From positions 1,760,001 to 1,824,000 of the forward strand of contig CAXRHT010000002.1 of assembly GCA_964230645.1 (NCBI GenBank): a stretch of 64,000 nucleotides of DNA, written 5' to 3'. This stretch comes from Bdellovibrionales bacterium. GTDB lineage: Bacteria > Bdellovibrionota > Bdellovibrionia > Bdellovibrionales > JAGQZY01. The notes beneath the pieces were generated by a model, which searched no databases, had not been told where the DNA came from, and saw only the letters and a program-made list of their open reading frames with translations. Below are positions 29,869-38,764 of the stretch, piece by piece (within the stretch, counting starts at the first letter, position 1; every line of letters starts with the position of its first letter). A program made the translations under genes and the position numbers.

Positions 29869-31515
29869 ATGTTGAAAATCTTTTTATCCCTATTAGTCAC
29901 CTTTGGTTGTAGTTTTCCCTCTTTGGCTGTTCCCATGGTCGGTCATAAAATGATGGTTTCCTCTCCTACTCCTCTTTCGGCCCAAATTGGAAAGGAAATC
30001 ATCAAGAAAAAAGGCAATGTCGTGGATGTGGCCGTGGGCATGGCTCTGGTACTCTCAGTGACCAATCCCCGCCATGCAGCGCTAGGTGGTGGTGGTTTTG
30101 CGCTTGTGAAAATGGGAAAAGATCCTGTGAAGGCCCTAGATTTTCGTGAAGTCGCACCCGCCAAGATGGGAAAAGATTTTTACACGAAAAATAAAAAGCG
30201 CTCTTCTTTAAAGGGGCCCCATGCCGTCGGTGTTCCGGGAATTCCCGCAGGCCTATGGGCTCTTCACAAAAAATACGGCAAACTTCATTGGTCACAACTT
30301 TTTGATCGCCCCATCGAGCTCGCTCACAAAGGTCATCATATATCGGGCGAAAATGCTTCACGCCTCAAGGGCATCGCTTCTGAACTCAATAATCATGGTA
30401 GAACGCATTTTCTTATTAATGGAAAACCTCCCCTTCCAGGACAGTGGGTACGTCAGAAGGGCTTGGCCAAAGCTTTAAAGCTTATGCGTAATCGAGGGAT
30501 CACTCCTTTTTATGAAGGTCAAATAAGCTACGACATCACCAACACTCTGACTAAAGCCGGCGGTGTCATGACCAGAAAGGATCTTCAAGACTACAAAGTG
30601 CGCTGGCTTGAGCCCTTAACCAAAACTTTTAAGGGTCACACTCTTTACCTAATGCCTCCTCCCTCTAGCGGCGGACTCATAATTAGTTCAAGTCTTAGTA
30701 TGTTTGAAAAACTTAAAACCACAAAGCTTGAACCCATGAGTACGCAAGAGGTGCACCAATTTGCTGAAGTTCTAAAAATTAATTTTCGCAATAGGAACCT
30801 GCTCGGAGATCCCGACTTTGTTAAAAATCCAATGGATACATTTACCGATGAAAAGTCCATTGCCGAATGGGTGAAAAAAATTGAAGACGACGAAGTTTTA
30901 GAGCTTGAAGACGTCAGACCACAAGAATTCAAAGAGTCTAACCAAACCACTCACTTAAGTGTTCTAGATGCTCAAGGAAACGCTGTATCTATGACTCTTA
31001 CACTTAACGGAACTTTTGGCTCAAAGATGGCCACTGAAAAGTTTGGTATCGCCTTAAACAATGAAATGGATGATTTCACCACTCGGCCTGGAAAAGCCAA
31101 TCTTTTTAAACTTAAACAAGGATTAAACAACCTCGTTGAACCTGGAAAAAGACCCTTAAGCTCTATGTCCCCTACCTTAATCGCCAAAGGTAAAGACATC
31201 GTCGGAACTCTCGGAGCCCCCGGAGGTCCGAGAATCATCACGGGTGTATTGATGAGTGTTTATCGTCTCTTGAATAATGACTACAATATTGAAGAGGCCA
31301 TTCATGCACCAAGGGTTCATCATCAATTTAAGCCAAACATCCTCTATCTCGACGAAAAGAAATGGCCTCCCCTTTCCATTAAAGCTCTAAGAAAACTCGG
31401 CCACATTGTTGAATTTGGCTGGCAATCAAGAGTCAATGGAGTCACTAAAAACGACGAGGGTCTTCTGGAAGCGGCTTACGATTTCCGTGCTGAGGGTGGC
31501 GCAGACGGTATTTAA
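29869..31515 (+). CDS. ggt: Gamma-glutamyltransferase
   Basis: GGGGF, DFRE, PPPSSGG, TTHLSV, NNEMDDF, PGKRPLSSMSP, GAPGG. Confidence 0.96.
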   Translation: MLKIFLSLLVTFGCSFPSLAVPMVGHKMMVSSPTPLSAQIGKEIIKKKGNVVDVAVGMALVLSVTNPRHAALGGGGFALVKMGKDPVKALDFREVAPAKMGKDFYTKNKKRSSLKGPHAVGVPGIPAGLWALHKKYGKLHWSQLFDRPIELAHKGHHISGENASRLKGIASELNNHGRTHFLINGKPPLPGQWVRQKGLAKALKLMRNRGITPFYEGQISYDITNTLTKAGGVMTRKDLQDYKVRWLEPLTKTFKGHTLYLMPPPSSGGLIISSSLSMFEKLKTTKLEPMSTQEVHQFAEVLKINFRNRNLLGDPDFVKNPMDTFTDEKSIAEWVKKIEDDEVLELEDVRPQEFKESNQTTHLSVLDAQGNAVSMTLTLNGTFGSKMATEKFGIALNNEMDDFTTRPGKANLFKLKQGLNNLVEPGKRPLSSMSPTLIAKGKDIVGTLGAPGGPRIITGVLMSVYRLLNNDYNIEEAIHAPRVHHQFKPNILYLDEKKWPPLSIKALRKLGHIVEFGWQSRVNGVTKNDEGLLEAAYDFRAEGGADGI

Positions 31516-31575
31516 CATCAGAAGTTAAAAGAAAAGCAACTCTTAGTCTCAATTTAATACAAAAAATCAATTAAT

Positions 31576-31602
31576 TTAATTTCAATTACAATGATCCGAT
31601 AA
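31576..31602 (+). promoter_or_regulatory. Putative sigma28 promoter
   Basis: TTAA-N15-TCCGATAA, 7 nt before ATG 31610. Confidence 0.55.
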
Positions 31603-31609
31603 TTTTAAC

Positions 31610-33223
31610 ATGTGTGGCACGTATAGATGGATTAAATGGGTAGTTATATCAATAGGCCTTTGCTCTTGTGCATTGGACTCAACTCTTCCTTTTCAGGCTG
31701 CTCAGGACGGCCTTCCCCCTGCCTCTCCTAATATTACCTGTGCTGATGAAGCCGATCATTCCGATTTTCAAACAGGCAGTGGTACTACTAGCTCGCCCTA
31801 TCTTATCTGCACTCCACAACAACTTTTAAAACTCAGCGAAGACTCTCTTTATTGGCAAAGCCACTTTGAACTTGGAGACAATATCGACCTTTCTGGTGAG
31901 GCCTGGGAGGGTATTGGTTTTTACGATGATAATGACAGTAGCACGCGGATCCCTTTTACTGGTAGCTTCGATGGAAACAACTATAAAATTCAAAACCTAG
32001 CAGTAGAAAATACAAGCCTTACCACCTCAACCGGTATGTTTGCTCACACCGATGGGGCCACAATTGTAAATCTAGTTTTAGAAAACTTTGATATTCGGGG
32101 GCACAGAAAAGTTGGGTTTGTCGGAACAGCTTTCAACACGACCCTAACAAATGTCTCATTAACTGGTACTGTTCAACCTCCACAGGGCGAAACAGCCTCT
32201 GCTTTTAGCGCTTGTCTATTCGGATACTACGAGGCCAACAATCAAGACACTGTGAAAGTAAGCAACGTTAGTTTAGATTGTGATACTCACGCCCATGATG
32301 TAGCGGCTAATCTATTTGGTTGGCTACAAGTTCAAGACGGGTCCTCTTTCGAGCTTTCTAATGTTCAAGCTCAAGGGGACCTGATTCATACCGAAGGTGG
32401 AAATAGTAATGCTGGGATCGGGGCCTATATTAGAGTCGTCGGAAGCAACAATTCCCTAATGTTGAAAAACATAGAATTTAGTGGTGATGTTACCATCGAC
32501 CAAGGAGCTGGCTCATGGTCAGGACATGGATTTGGTCAGATGCATTTTAATGGTAGCTCGAACAACATTGAAATTACGGAAATCCAAACTTCCGGAAATT
32601 TTTCCTCTGTTGCAAATTTCAATCAAGATGGAGTCCTTGGAGGCTTCGTTGGTAATTTAAGCCTAGCTTTATCGGATAGCACTGTCCTTTTTGACAAAAT
32701 CGCAATTCAGTCAAATATTACCATCCTTAACAATTCTGAACCAACCAATCACTCCATTTCGGGCTTTATTGGTCGTTTGGGCTTTAACAATGTTAGCAAT
32801 TTGGATTTAGACATTCGTAATTCTTACGGGCGTGGACAAATTCAAACTCTAAATAACAATACCCTCAATGGTGTCGGTGGTTTTTTAGGAGAGATCAGAC
32901 TGACGGGCTCAGATGCTACCTTAGATTTTAGTGTTAACTCTTGCTACTCTGCCGTCGACTTAATACTAGCGGGAGGAGGCATCACCAACAGCCTTGGCTT
33001 TGTTGGAACTGAACAGACCATCCCCAACTATACCGACAATTATTTCTATAGCTCTAATAATCTATTAGGCCCCGGTAATTCAGGCGAGAGTACGTCTTCA
33101 GCGGAAGTAATTTATTTGGACAGTACTAACATTTTACAGTCCTCCCAATTCGTAGGACCTGGGTGGAACTTTAGTACGATTTGGCAAGCCAATGATGGAT
33201 TTACTGCACCCAACCTTCGCTAG
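31610..33223 (+). CDS. Surface lipoprotein, GLUG/beta-helix-like repeat protein
   Basis: Lipobox LCSC; GSGTTSSPYLICTPQQL, FTGSFDGNNYKIQNL, repeated GGFxG; Asn/Ser/Gly-rich. Confidence 0.75.
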   Translation: MCGTYRWIKWVVISIGLCSCALDSTLPFQAAQDGLPPASPNITCADEADHSDFQTGSGTTSSPYLICTPQQLLKLSEDSLYWQSHFELGDNIDLSGEAWEGIGFYDDNDSSTRIPFTGSFDGNNYKIQNLAVENTSLTTSTGMFAHTDGATIVNLVLENFDIRGHRKVGFVGTAFNTTLTNVSLTGTVQPPQGETASAFSACLFGYYEANNQDTVKVSNVSLDCDTHAHDVAANLFGWLQVQDGSSFELSNVQAQGDLIHTEGGNSNAGIGAYIRVVGSNNSLMLKNIEFSGDVTIDQGAGSWSGHGFGQMHFNGSSNNIEITEIQTSGNFSSVANFNQDGVLGGFVGNLSLALSDSTVLFDKIAIQSNITILNNSEPTNHSISGFIGRLGFNNVSNLDLDIRNSYGRGQIQTLNNNTLNGVGGFLGEIRLTGSDATLDFSVNSCYSAVDLILAGGGITNSLGFVGTEQTIPNYTDNYFYSSNNLLGPGNSGESTSSAEVIYLDSTNILQSSQFVGPGWNFSTIWQANDGFTAPNLR

Positions 33224-34230
33224 TTCGTTTTTTCTACCACGTCACTGGGCTCATCCTTGTCGATCAGCTCATCAACAGACATTTTACGATAAGCTTGAAA
33301 AGGCTCTTGCCTCACCGGGCAGTTAGGCTGAGAGCAGTAACGACAATAAAGCCGTCGGCAGGGATCAATGTGAAAATGAATCTCGCCTGGAAACTCATAG
33401 TGGCCAATGATTTTCTTTTCGTATGCCACTGTTTCGTCATGAGCTTGTTCCACCGACCAAAACTCCGGCACCACGACATGGGCATCGATATGGTGAAAGC
33501 GCCCAGAACGCATGACTCTGAGGTGGTGAACTTGAATAATACCATCTTGATGATGAGCATTGATGACATCCTGGATTTGCCCGATGATGTTTTCATTCTC
33601 CTCATCCAAGAGCCCTCCGATTGCTTTTCGAATGAGTTCATAGCCCTCGTGAATTAAATGGAAACTAACAAGAATGGCGATCATAGAATCAAGCCACTTC
33701 ATCCCAGTTACTATGACCAAGCCAAGCCCCACAAGAACTCCACAAGTTGTCCAAAAATCAGCCATAAGATGTTTTCCGCTGGCTTGGAGTGCCTCTGATT
33801 GCTTTTTCGTACCTACCCTCTGAAGGTAAAAACCCACGAGCAAATTGACCACACCTGTTAGACCAAGGAGCAAAGTCCCCAGTGATAAATCCACTAAGGG
33901 TTTATCAGACGAGATGGCTTGAATGGCTTCAAGCAAAATCAAGAATGCGGCAAAGGCGATCAAGCCCCCCTCGACGGCGGCTGACAAATACTCTACTTTT
34001 CCATGTCCGTAAGGGTGATCCCGGTCTGCTGGTTTTGAAGCAAAATAAAGAACATAGAAAGCCAGACAGGCCGCGAGAACATTGACCACACTTTCCATGG
34101 CCTCGGAAAATATGGCCTGGGAGCCTGTTAATTGAAAGGCAAAAAATTTGATCGCAAAAAGACTTGTGGCAACGATTATCGAGAGAAAACCGGCTTTTTT
34201 TACGGCTGGATCAAACTGGGTCTTTTGCAC
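33220..34230 (-). CDS. Cation diffusion facilitator (FieF-like) with Cys-rich tail
   Basis: KPADRDHPYGHGKVEY, HLMAD, C-terminal CRRLYCRYCSQPNC. Confidence 0.93.
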   Translation of the reverse strand: MQKTQFDPAVKKAGFLSIIVATSLFAIKFFAFQLTGSQAIFSEAMESVVNVLAACLAFYVLYFASKPADRDHPYGHGKVEYLSAAVEGGLIAFAAFLILLEAIQAISSDKPLVDLSLGTLLLGLTGVVNLLVGFYLQRVGTKKQSEALQASGKHLMADFWTTCGVLVGLGLVIVTGMKWLDSMIAILVSFHLIHEGYELIRKAIGGLLDEENENIIGQIQDVINAHHQDGIIQVHHLRVMRSGRFHHIDAHVVVPEFWSVEQAHDETVAYEKKIIGHYEFPGEIHFHIDPCRRLYCRYCSQPNCPVRQEPFQAYRKMSVDELIDKDEPSDVVEKTN

Positions 34231-34250
34231 TTAAAGGCTCCTGTTACGGG

Positions 34251-35276
34251 TCATGACCACTTCTTAGCAAGAGTTTCTAGAAATACCAACTTCCTTGCAC
34301 TTAAACCGAAATGGTTGCCTGAAAATTCTGTGAATTTCACGTTTTTCTTTTCCTGCTTTAGAAGAGAATAGATCTGCCTTGTACCGTACTGAAGATGAAA
34401 ATTGTCATAAAGGCCGACATCAAGATGAATTTCTTTAGACCCAATATTTTTTAAGCGTTTTTTTAGGAACACAATGGGATCATGCGTTTTCCAATGTTTC
34501 CAAATTTTTGGTTTTAACTCTGCAGAGTATAAATCGATGGGCCAATCAATCTTGTTTTTACTAATATTATCCTTATAAGAATAACAATGGGCCATCGCCA
34601 CAACATTAGCCAAGTTAAAAAAAGACCTTTTCTCCAGGAGTTCTCCTTGATCAATTTTCTTTTTTAAGTCCTTGAGATTTTTAAATTTTAAAATCTCAGG
34701 AGCAGCGGCGAGCACTTCGGGCCATAAACTGCCATCAAAGAAACTGTCCGGGGCTGTGGCAAGAGCGATCTGAAAAGGGCTCTTCGGAACACTAATAAGA
34801 TGAAGAGCTCCGTAGCCTCCACTTGACCCTCCCATAACTGCTAGTTTTTCGTGTTTAGTTTTAAACTCTTCACAAACCTGAGGGACCAACTCCTTAATAA
34901 TGTAGTCCTGATAATTTCCGCATCCAGGGGAATTGAGAAACTGGGACCCGCCCCAATAAGTCATTGCATCCACAAACACATGAATAGCTTTAGGAGCCTT
35001 TTTTAAGGTCTGGGCTTCATCAATTTTTTGTACAAAGTTTTTATCTAAAGTCTTGGGGGTAAAATTGCTAGGACCATTAGAAAAATAACCTGAGAGGTGA
35101 AAAACAACGGGCAGAGATTTTTGCTCTCCCTCAGGTACCAGACAATAATTATGGCGATGAGAGGGGTCTCCCAATGGGTTGCCCTTAAGAATTTCACTGT
35201 TTACGACAAGATTGTAGGTCTCAAAATTTTTGAGTTCATAAGGCAGCAAAAGGGGCTTTTTTTCAGATTGAGGCAT
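34251..35276 (-). CDS. Putative esterase (enterochelin-esterase-like alpha/beta hydrolase)
   Basis: LKGNPLGDP, GGSQFLNS, GGSSGGYGA (GxSxG), FSGNH. Confidence 0.85.
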   Translation of the reverse strand: MPQSEKKPLLLPYELKNFETYNLVVNSEILKGNPLGDPSHRHNYCLVPEGEQKSLPVVFHLSGYFSNGPSNFTPKTLDKNFVQKIDEAQTLKKAPKAIHVFVDAMTYWGGSQFLNSPGCGNYQDYIIKELVPQVCEEFKTKHEKLAVMGGSSGGYGALHLISVPKSPFQIALATAPDSFFDGSLWPEVLAAAPEILKFKNLKDLKKKIDQGELLEKRSFFNLANVVAMAHCYSYKDNISKNKIDWPIDLYSAELKPKIWKHWKTHDPIVFLKKRLKNIGSKEIHLDVGLYDNFHLQYGTRQIYSLLKQEKKNVKFTEFSGNHFGLSARKLVFLETLAKKWS

Positions 35277-35411
35277 GGTGAAAACTCCTGTTTGCCCAAT
35301 GGTTATTCCTCCCCTCTTGCATGTCAACAAAGAGACCTTTTAGGGAGCTTAATATCAGTCGACAGAAAGGCCCAAATTTTGTTATACCAGAGGGCATCCA
35401 CGAGGTTTGTT

Positions 35412-37163
35412 ATGAATAATTTGCAAGATCCCCTACGTCTTAAACTGGCAGAGATTACCACCCAGGAAATTGAAAAGGCTTTTCAAGTAAAGTTAGACCC
35501 TGCCGACTGCGTTTCAGACTTCGCCTCAGTTCCAAATTTAAAATTAGGACATCTCTCCTTTCCCTGCTTTAAACTTTCTAAGGAACTGAAAAAAAATCCC
35601 AAAGAAATTGCCGAAAACCTTAAAGAGAACTGGGAAAATCTTGAAGCCTTTGAAGAGGTCCGTGCGGTAGGCCCCTACCTAAATTTCTTTTTGAAACCCT
35701 CCTTCTTTGGTCAGTGGGTTTTGAGTCCAATGAACAGTTTGCAATACTTCCAAATTCAAAAAACCAACGAACAGCCCTTTCTGATTGAGTACTCTCAGCC
35801 AAATACCCACAAAGAACTGCATGTGGGTCATATGCGAAATCTTTGCTTTGGCTACTCTTTGATTCTACTTTTTGATTACTGTGGCAACAACGTGGTTCGA
35901 TGCACATTCCCCGGAGATGTAGGTACTCATGTAGCCAAATGCCTTTGGTATTTAAAATTTCACAATCAAGAACCCATTCCTGAAAGTGCCCGGGGCGAGT
36001 GGCTAGGAAGAATGTACACCCTTGCCCACAACAAATTGGAAGATGAAAAAGGCACTGACAAAGAAGACTTTAACCGTGAGCAACTCACAGAAATTCTTCG
36101 CCAAATCGAAAAAAAGGAAGGCGAGTTCTTTGACCTTTGGAAAGAAACACGGCAGTGGTCCATTGAACTCATGGAAACCGTTTACAAGTGGGCGGGTGTA
36201 TCCTTTGATCAGTGGTATTGGGAGTCCGACGTTGATTCTGCTTCAGTGAAGCTTGTTAAAAAGCTTTATGAAGAGGGTAAACTGATTGAAGACCAAGGGG
36301 CCATTGGAATTAACTTAGAAGATGAAAAACTTGGCTTTTGTATGTTTCTAAAATCCGATGGTAACGGTATGTACGCCACGAAGGACTTAGAACTTGCGCG
36401 CAGAAAGTTCGAACAGTTTAATCCACAGGAAAATATTGTGGTTGTTGACACCAGACAAGAGCTTCACTTTAAGCAGGTCTTTACGGCTTTTGAGAAAGTG
36501 GGTCTTGGAGAAAAAGAGAAGTGTCGGCACTTAAAATACAACTTTGTCGAACTTCCCGATGGAGCCATGAGTTCAAGAAAAGGAAATATCATCCCTATCA
36601 CTGAGCTTATTGAGAGCATGAAAATGATGGTTCAAAAAGATTATCTCTCTCGCTACAAAGATGAGTGGAGTGCAGAGGAGATCGATCAGACCGCCGATGC
36701 TGTCGCTCAAGGGGCCATCAAGTACGGGATGAACCGTATGGATCCTAATAAAAAAATCGTTTTTGATATGAAAGAGTGGCTCAGACTTGATGGCGAATCT
36801 GGTCCTTACATTCAGTACACTCACGCCCGCATCAACTCCCTTATTAAAAAATTCGGGAAAGATTTATCCAAAGACATCCCGTGGGAGAAATTAACTCACG
36901 ACCGCGAGATGGAGCTGATGATCCATTTGAGTCTCTTCAATTGGTCCATGTTCAAGTCGCTTGAGTCTTATAAGACCTCTGGAATTTGTAACTACCTTTA
37001 CGACCTCGCAAAGCTCTTTAATTCATTCTACCACGACTGCCCTATTGGAAAGCTTGAGGATGAGGAACTTAAATTAGCACGCCTGGCTCTCGTTCAGTCT
37101 GTGAAGCAAGCCCTTGCTAAAGGCCTCTCTTTATTAGGGATTCCGGCTCCTGAAAGAATGTAG
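35412..37163 (+). CDS. argS: Arginine--tRNA ligase
   Basis: EYSQPN, HVGH, MSSRKG, GPYIQYTHAR, C-terminal PERM; start trimmed to the ATG after GAGG. Confidence 0.97.
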   Translation: MNNLQDPLRLKLAEITTQEIEKAFQVKLDPADCVSDFASVPNLKLGHLSFPCFKLSKELKKNPKEIAENLKENWENLEAFEEVRAVGPYLNFFLKPSFFGQWVLSPMNSLQYFQIQKTNEQPFLIEYSQPNTHKELHVGHMRNLCFGYSLILLFDYCGNNVVRCTFPGDVGTHVAKCLWYLKFHNQEPIPESARGEWLGRMYTLAHNKLEDEKGTDKEDFNREQLTEILRQIEKKEGEFFDLWKETRQWSIELMETVYKWAGVSFDQWYWESDVDSASVKLVKKLYEEGKLIEDQGAIGINLEDEKLGFCMFLKSDGNGMYATKDLELARRKFEQFNPQENIVVVDTRQELHFKQVFTAFEKVGLGEKEKCRHLKYNFVELPDGAMSSRKGNIIPITELIESMKMMVQKDYLSRYKDEWSAEEIDQTADAVAQGAIKYGMNRMDPNKKIVFDMKEWLRLDGESGPYIQYTHARINSLIKKFGKDLSKDIPWEKLTHDREMELMIHLSLFNWSMFKSLESYKTSGICNYLYDLAKLFNSFYHDCPIGKLEDEELKLARLALVQSVKQALAKGLSLLGIPAPERM

Positions 37164-37297
37164 ATTCCTTTTGGGTGTTAAATTAATCAACACTTTTAAT
37201 TAAGCAGCTCTATAAGTTTTTCTCAGTGAATTGTGAGTTAGAACCCGCTGGTTTAAGTTACGTGCAAACGAACGCTTTAAAACCTATGGAGTTTACA

Positions 37298-37651
37298 ATG
37301 AAAATAATATTCGCAATCTTGGCATGTTTAACTGTTTCTTCCCAGGCTTTCGCCATTTCCTGTCACGGAACTGAGCCATTCTGGGGAGCTGAAGTTTCGA
37401 AACAACAAGTTGTTGTAGAGATGCCTGGCGACCAGGGTCCTCAAACAATCCCTGTCAATGCCATCGGTGCTGCTGCAGGATTTACTTCTGACTATGTTCA
37501 GGTTTACAAAAATGATAACGGACCAGCGGCTGTTGTTATCGGTAACAAATGTACAGACGGAATGAGTGATTTCACATTTCCACAAGAAGTGATCATCTTC
37601 ACTGGCACTACCACTCTTTACGGATGCTGTGGTGAAGGTAAGATGGAATAA
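37298..37651 (+). CDS. Small exported protein (COG3650-like)
   Basis: Signal peptide, GTEPFW, CTDGMSD, YGCC. Confidence 0.75.
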   Translation: MKIIFAILACLTVSSQAFAISCHGTEPFWGAEVSKQQVVVEMPGDQGPQTIPVNAIGAAAGFTSDYVQVYKNDNGPAAVVIGNKCTDGMSDFTFPQEVIIFTGTTTLYGCCGEGKME

Positions 37652-37675
37652 GTTATAAAATATTTTATTTGATTT

Positions 37676-37709
37676 AAAAGCCTATCTCGAGACGAGATGG
37701 GCTTTTTTT
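37676..37709. terminator. Bidirectional intrinsic terminator
   Basis: AAAAGCCTATCTCG-AGA-CGAGATGGGCTTTT between convergent genes. Confidence 0.85.
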
Positions 37710-38673
37710 ATTTTCTTTTGTCAGCTGAGGCTGAGTTGATATCTGTTTTTTTGTCTTGAACTTCTCGGAAAACAACGCGGTTTCGACCCTCTTCTTTGGC
37801 TTTATAAAGTCCATGGTCGGCGTGGCGAACCAAGGAGCGGCCATCCATTAGAGAGCGCCCCTCAAGGATGATCGCACACCCCATACTGGCGGTGAGTTTT
37901 ATTTTATCCTCTCCGTGTTCAAAAAGATGCTCTTCCATAATTTTTCGTAAACGCTCGCAGAAAAGCTTTGCACCCTCACCTGTGGTTTGAGAAAGACAAA
38001 TTAGGAATTCATCGCCACCGTAGCGAGCCGCAAAGTCGTGAGTTCTTATGTTCTTTTTAATGAGTTTCCCCACCTCGGCGAGTACATGACTTCCAAAAAG
38101 ATGATCATGATTATCGTTCACGCCTTTAAAGTGATCCATATCAAGCATGATGGCTGCTACTCCGTGACCATAGCGCCTGGCTCTTTCGATCTCCTGATCC
38201 ATTTTTGAATAAACGGATCTCATATTATATAGGCCCGTGAGGTCATCGATTTCCACTAAGCCCTGGAGTTTTTCGTTGGCCTCTCTGAGTTCGTCCTGCA
38301 ATCTTTTAACTCGCAACTGTGCTCGCACCCGGGCTAAAAGTTCCATCCCTGAAAAAGGCTTTGAAATATAGTCGAGGGCTCCAGCATCTAGACCACGTAT
38401 CACATCCTCGGTGGTGGTGTTGGCTGTGACAAAAACCACAGCCGCCGTATTTTCCTTGGTCTTAAGAACCTCGATGGTTTCAATTCCATCCATCCCTGGC
38501 ATGTTCACATCAAGAAGAACCAGGTCGGGTCGGTAGTGATCAAGAGCCCTTAGCCCATCGGCTCCAGAGCTTGCGGACTCCACATGATAGCCTTCTTTTT
38601 CAAGAAGCTTCCGAACAATTTTCAGGTTATCCTCGTCGTCATCGACGAGAAGAATTTTAGAGTCTAATTCCAT
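37708..38673 (-). CDS. REC-GGDEF diguanylate cyclase
   Basis: REC domain (LVLLDVNMP), DDLTGLYN, I-site RTHD, GGDEF. Confidence 0.95.
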   Translation of the reverse strand: MELDSKILLVDDDEDNLKIVRKLLEKEGYHVESASSGADGLRALDHYRPDLVLLDVNMPGMDGIETIEVLKTKENTAAVVFVTANTTTEDVIRGLDAGALDYISKPFSGMELLARVRAQLRVKRLQDELREANEKLQGLVEIDDLTGLYNMRSVYSKMDQEIERARRYGHGVAAIMLDMDHFKGVNDNHDHLFGSHVLAEVGKLIKKNIRTHDFAARYGGDEFLICLSQTTGEGAKLFCERLRKIMEEHLFEHGEDKIKLTASMGCAIILEGRSLMDGRSLVRHADHGLYKAKEEGRNRVVFREVQDKKTDINSASADKRK

Positions 38674-38764
38674 TTCTCCATTTTAGGAAAAATTCGTCCT
38701 TTTATCAGTAAAAACCCGGCCCTTCAGGCTTGAGTCTAGGTGGGAGCGTTGATAGTGTCTCTCC

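Noticed and set aside
29821..29936. Head-to-head overlap of trmB and ggt
   Set aside because: ORF-caller extension; the likely starts 29831 and 29869 leave a 37-bp gap
35097..35411. 105-aa N-terminal extension of ArgRS
   Set aside because: It overlaps the divergent esterase gene; ATG 35412 has an SD and gives a normal length
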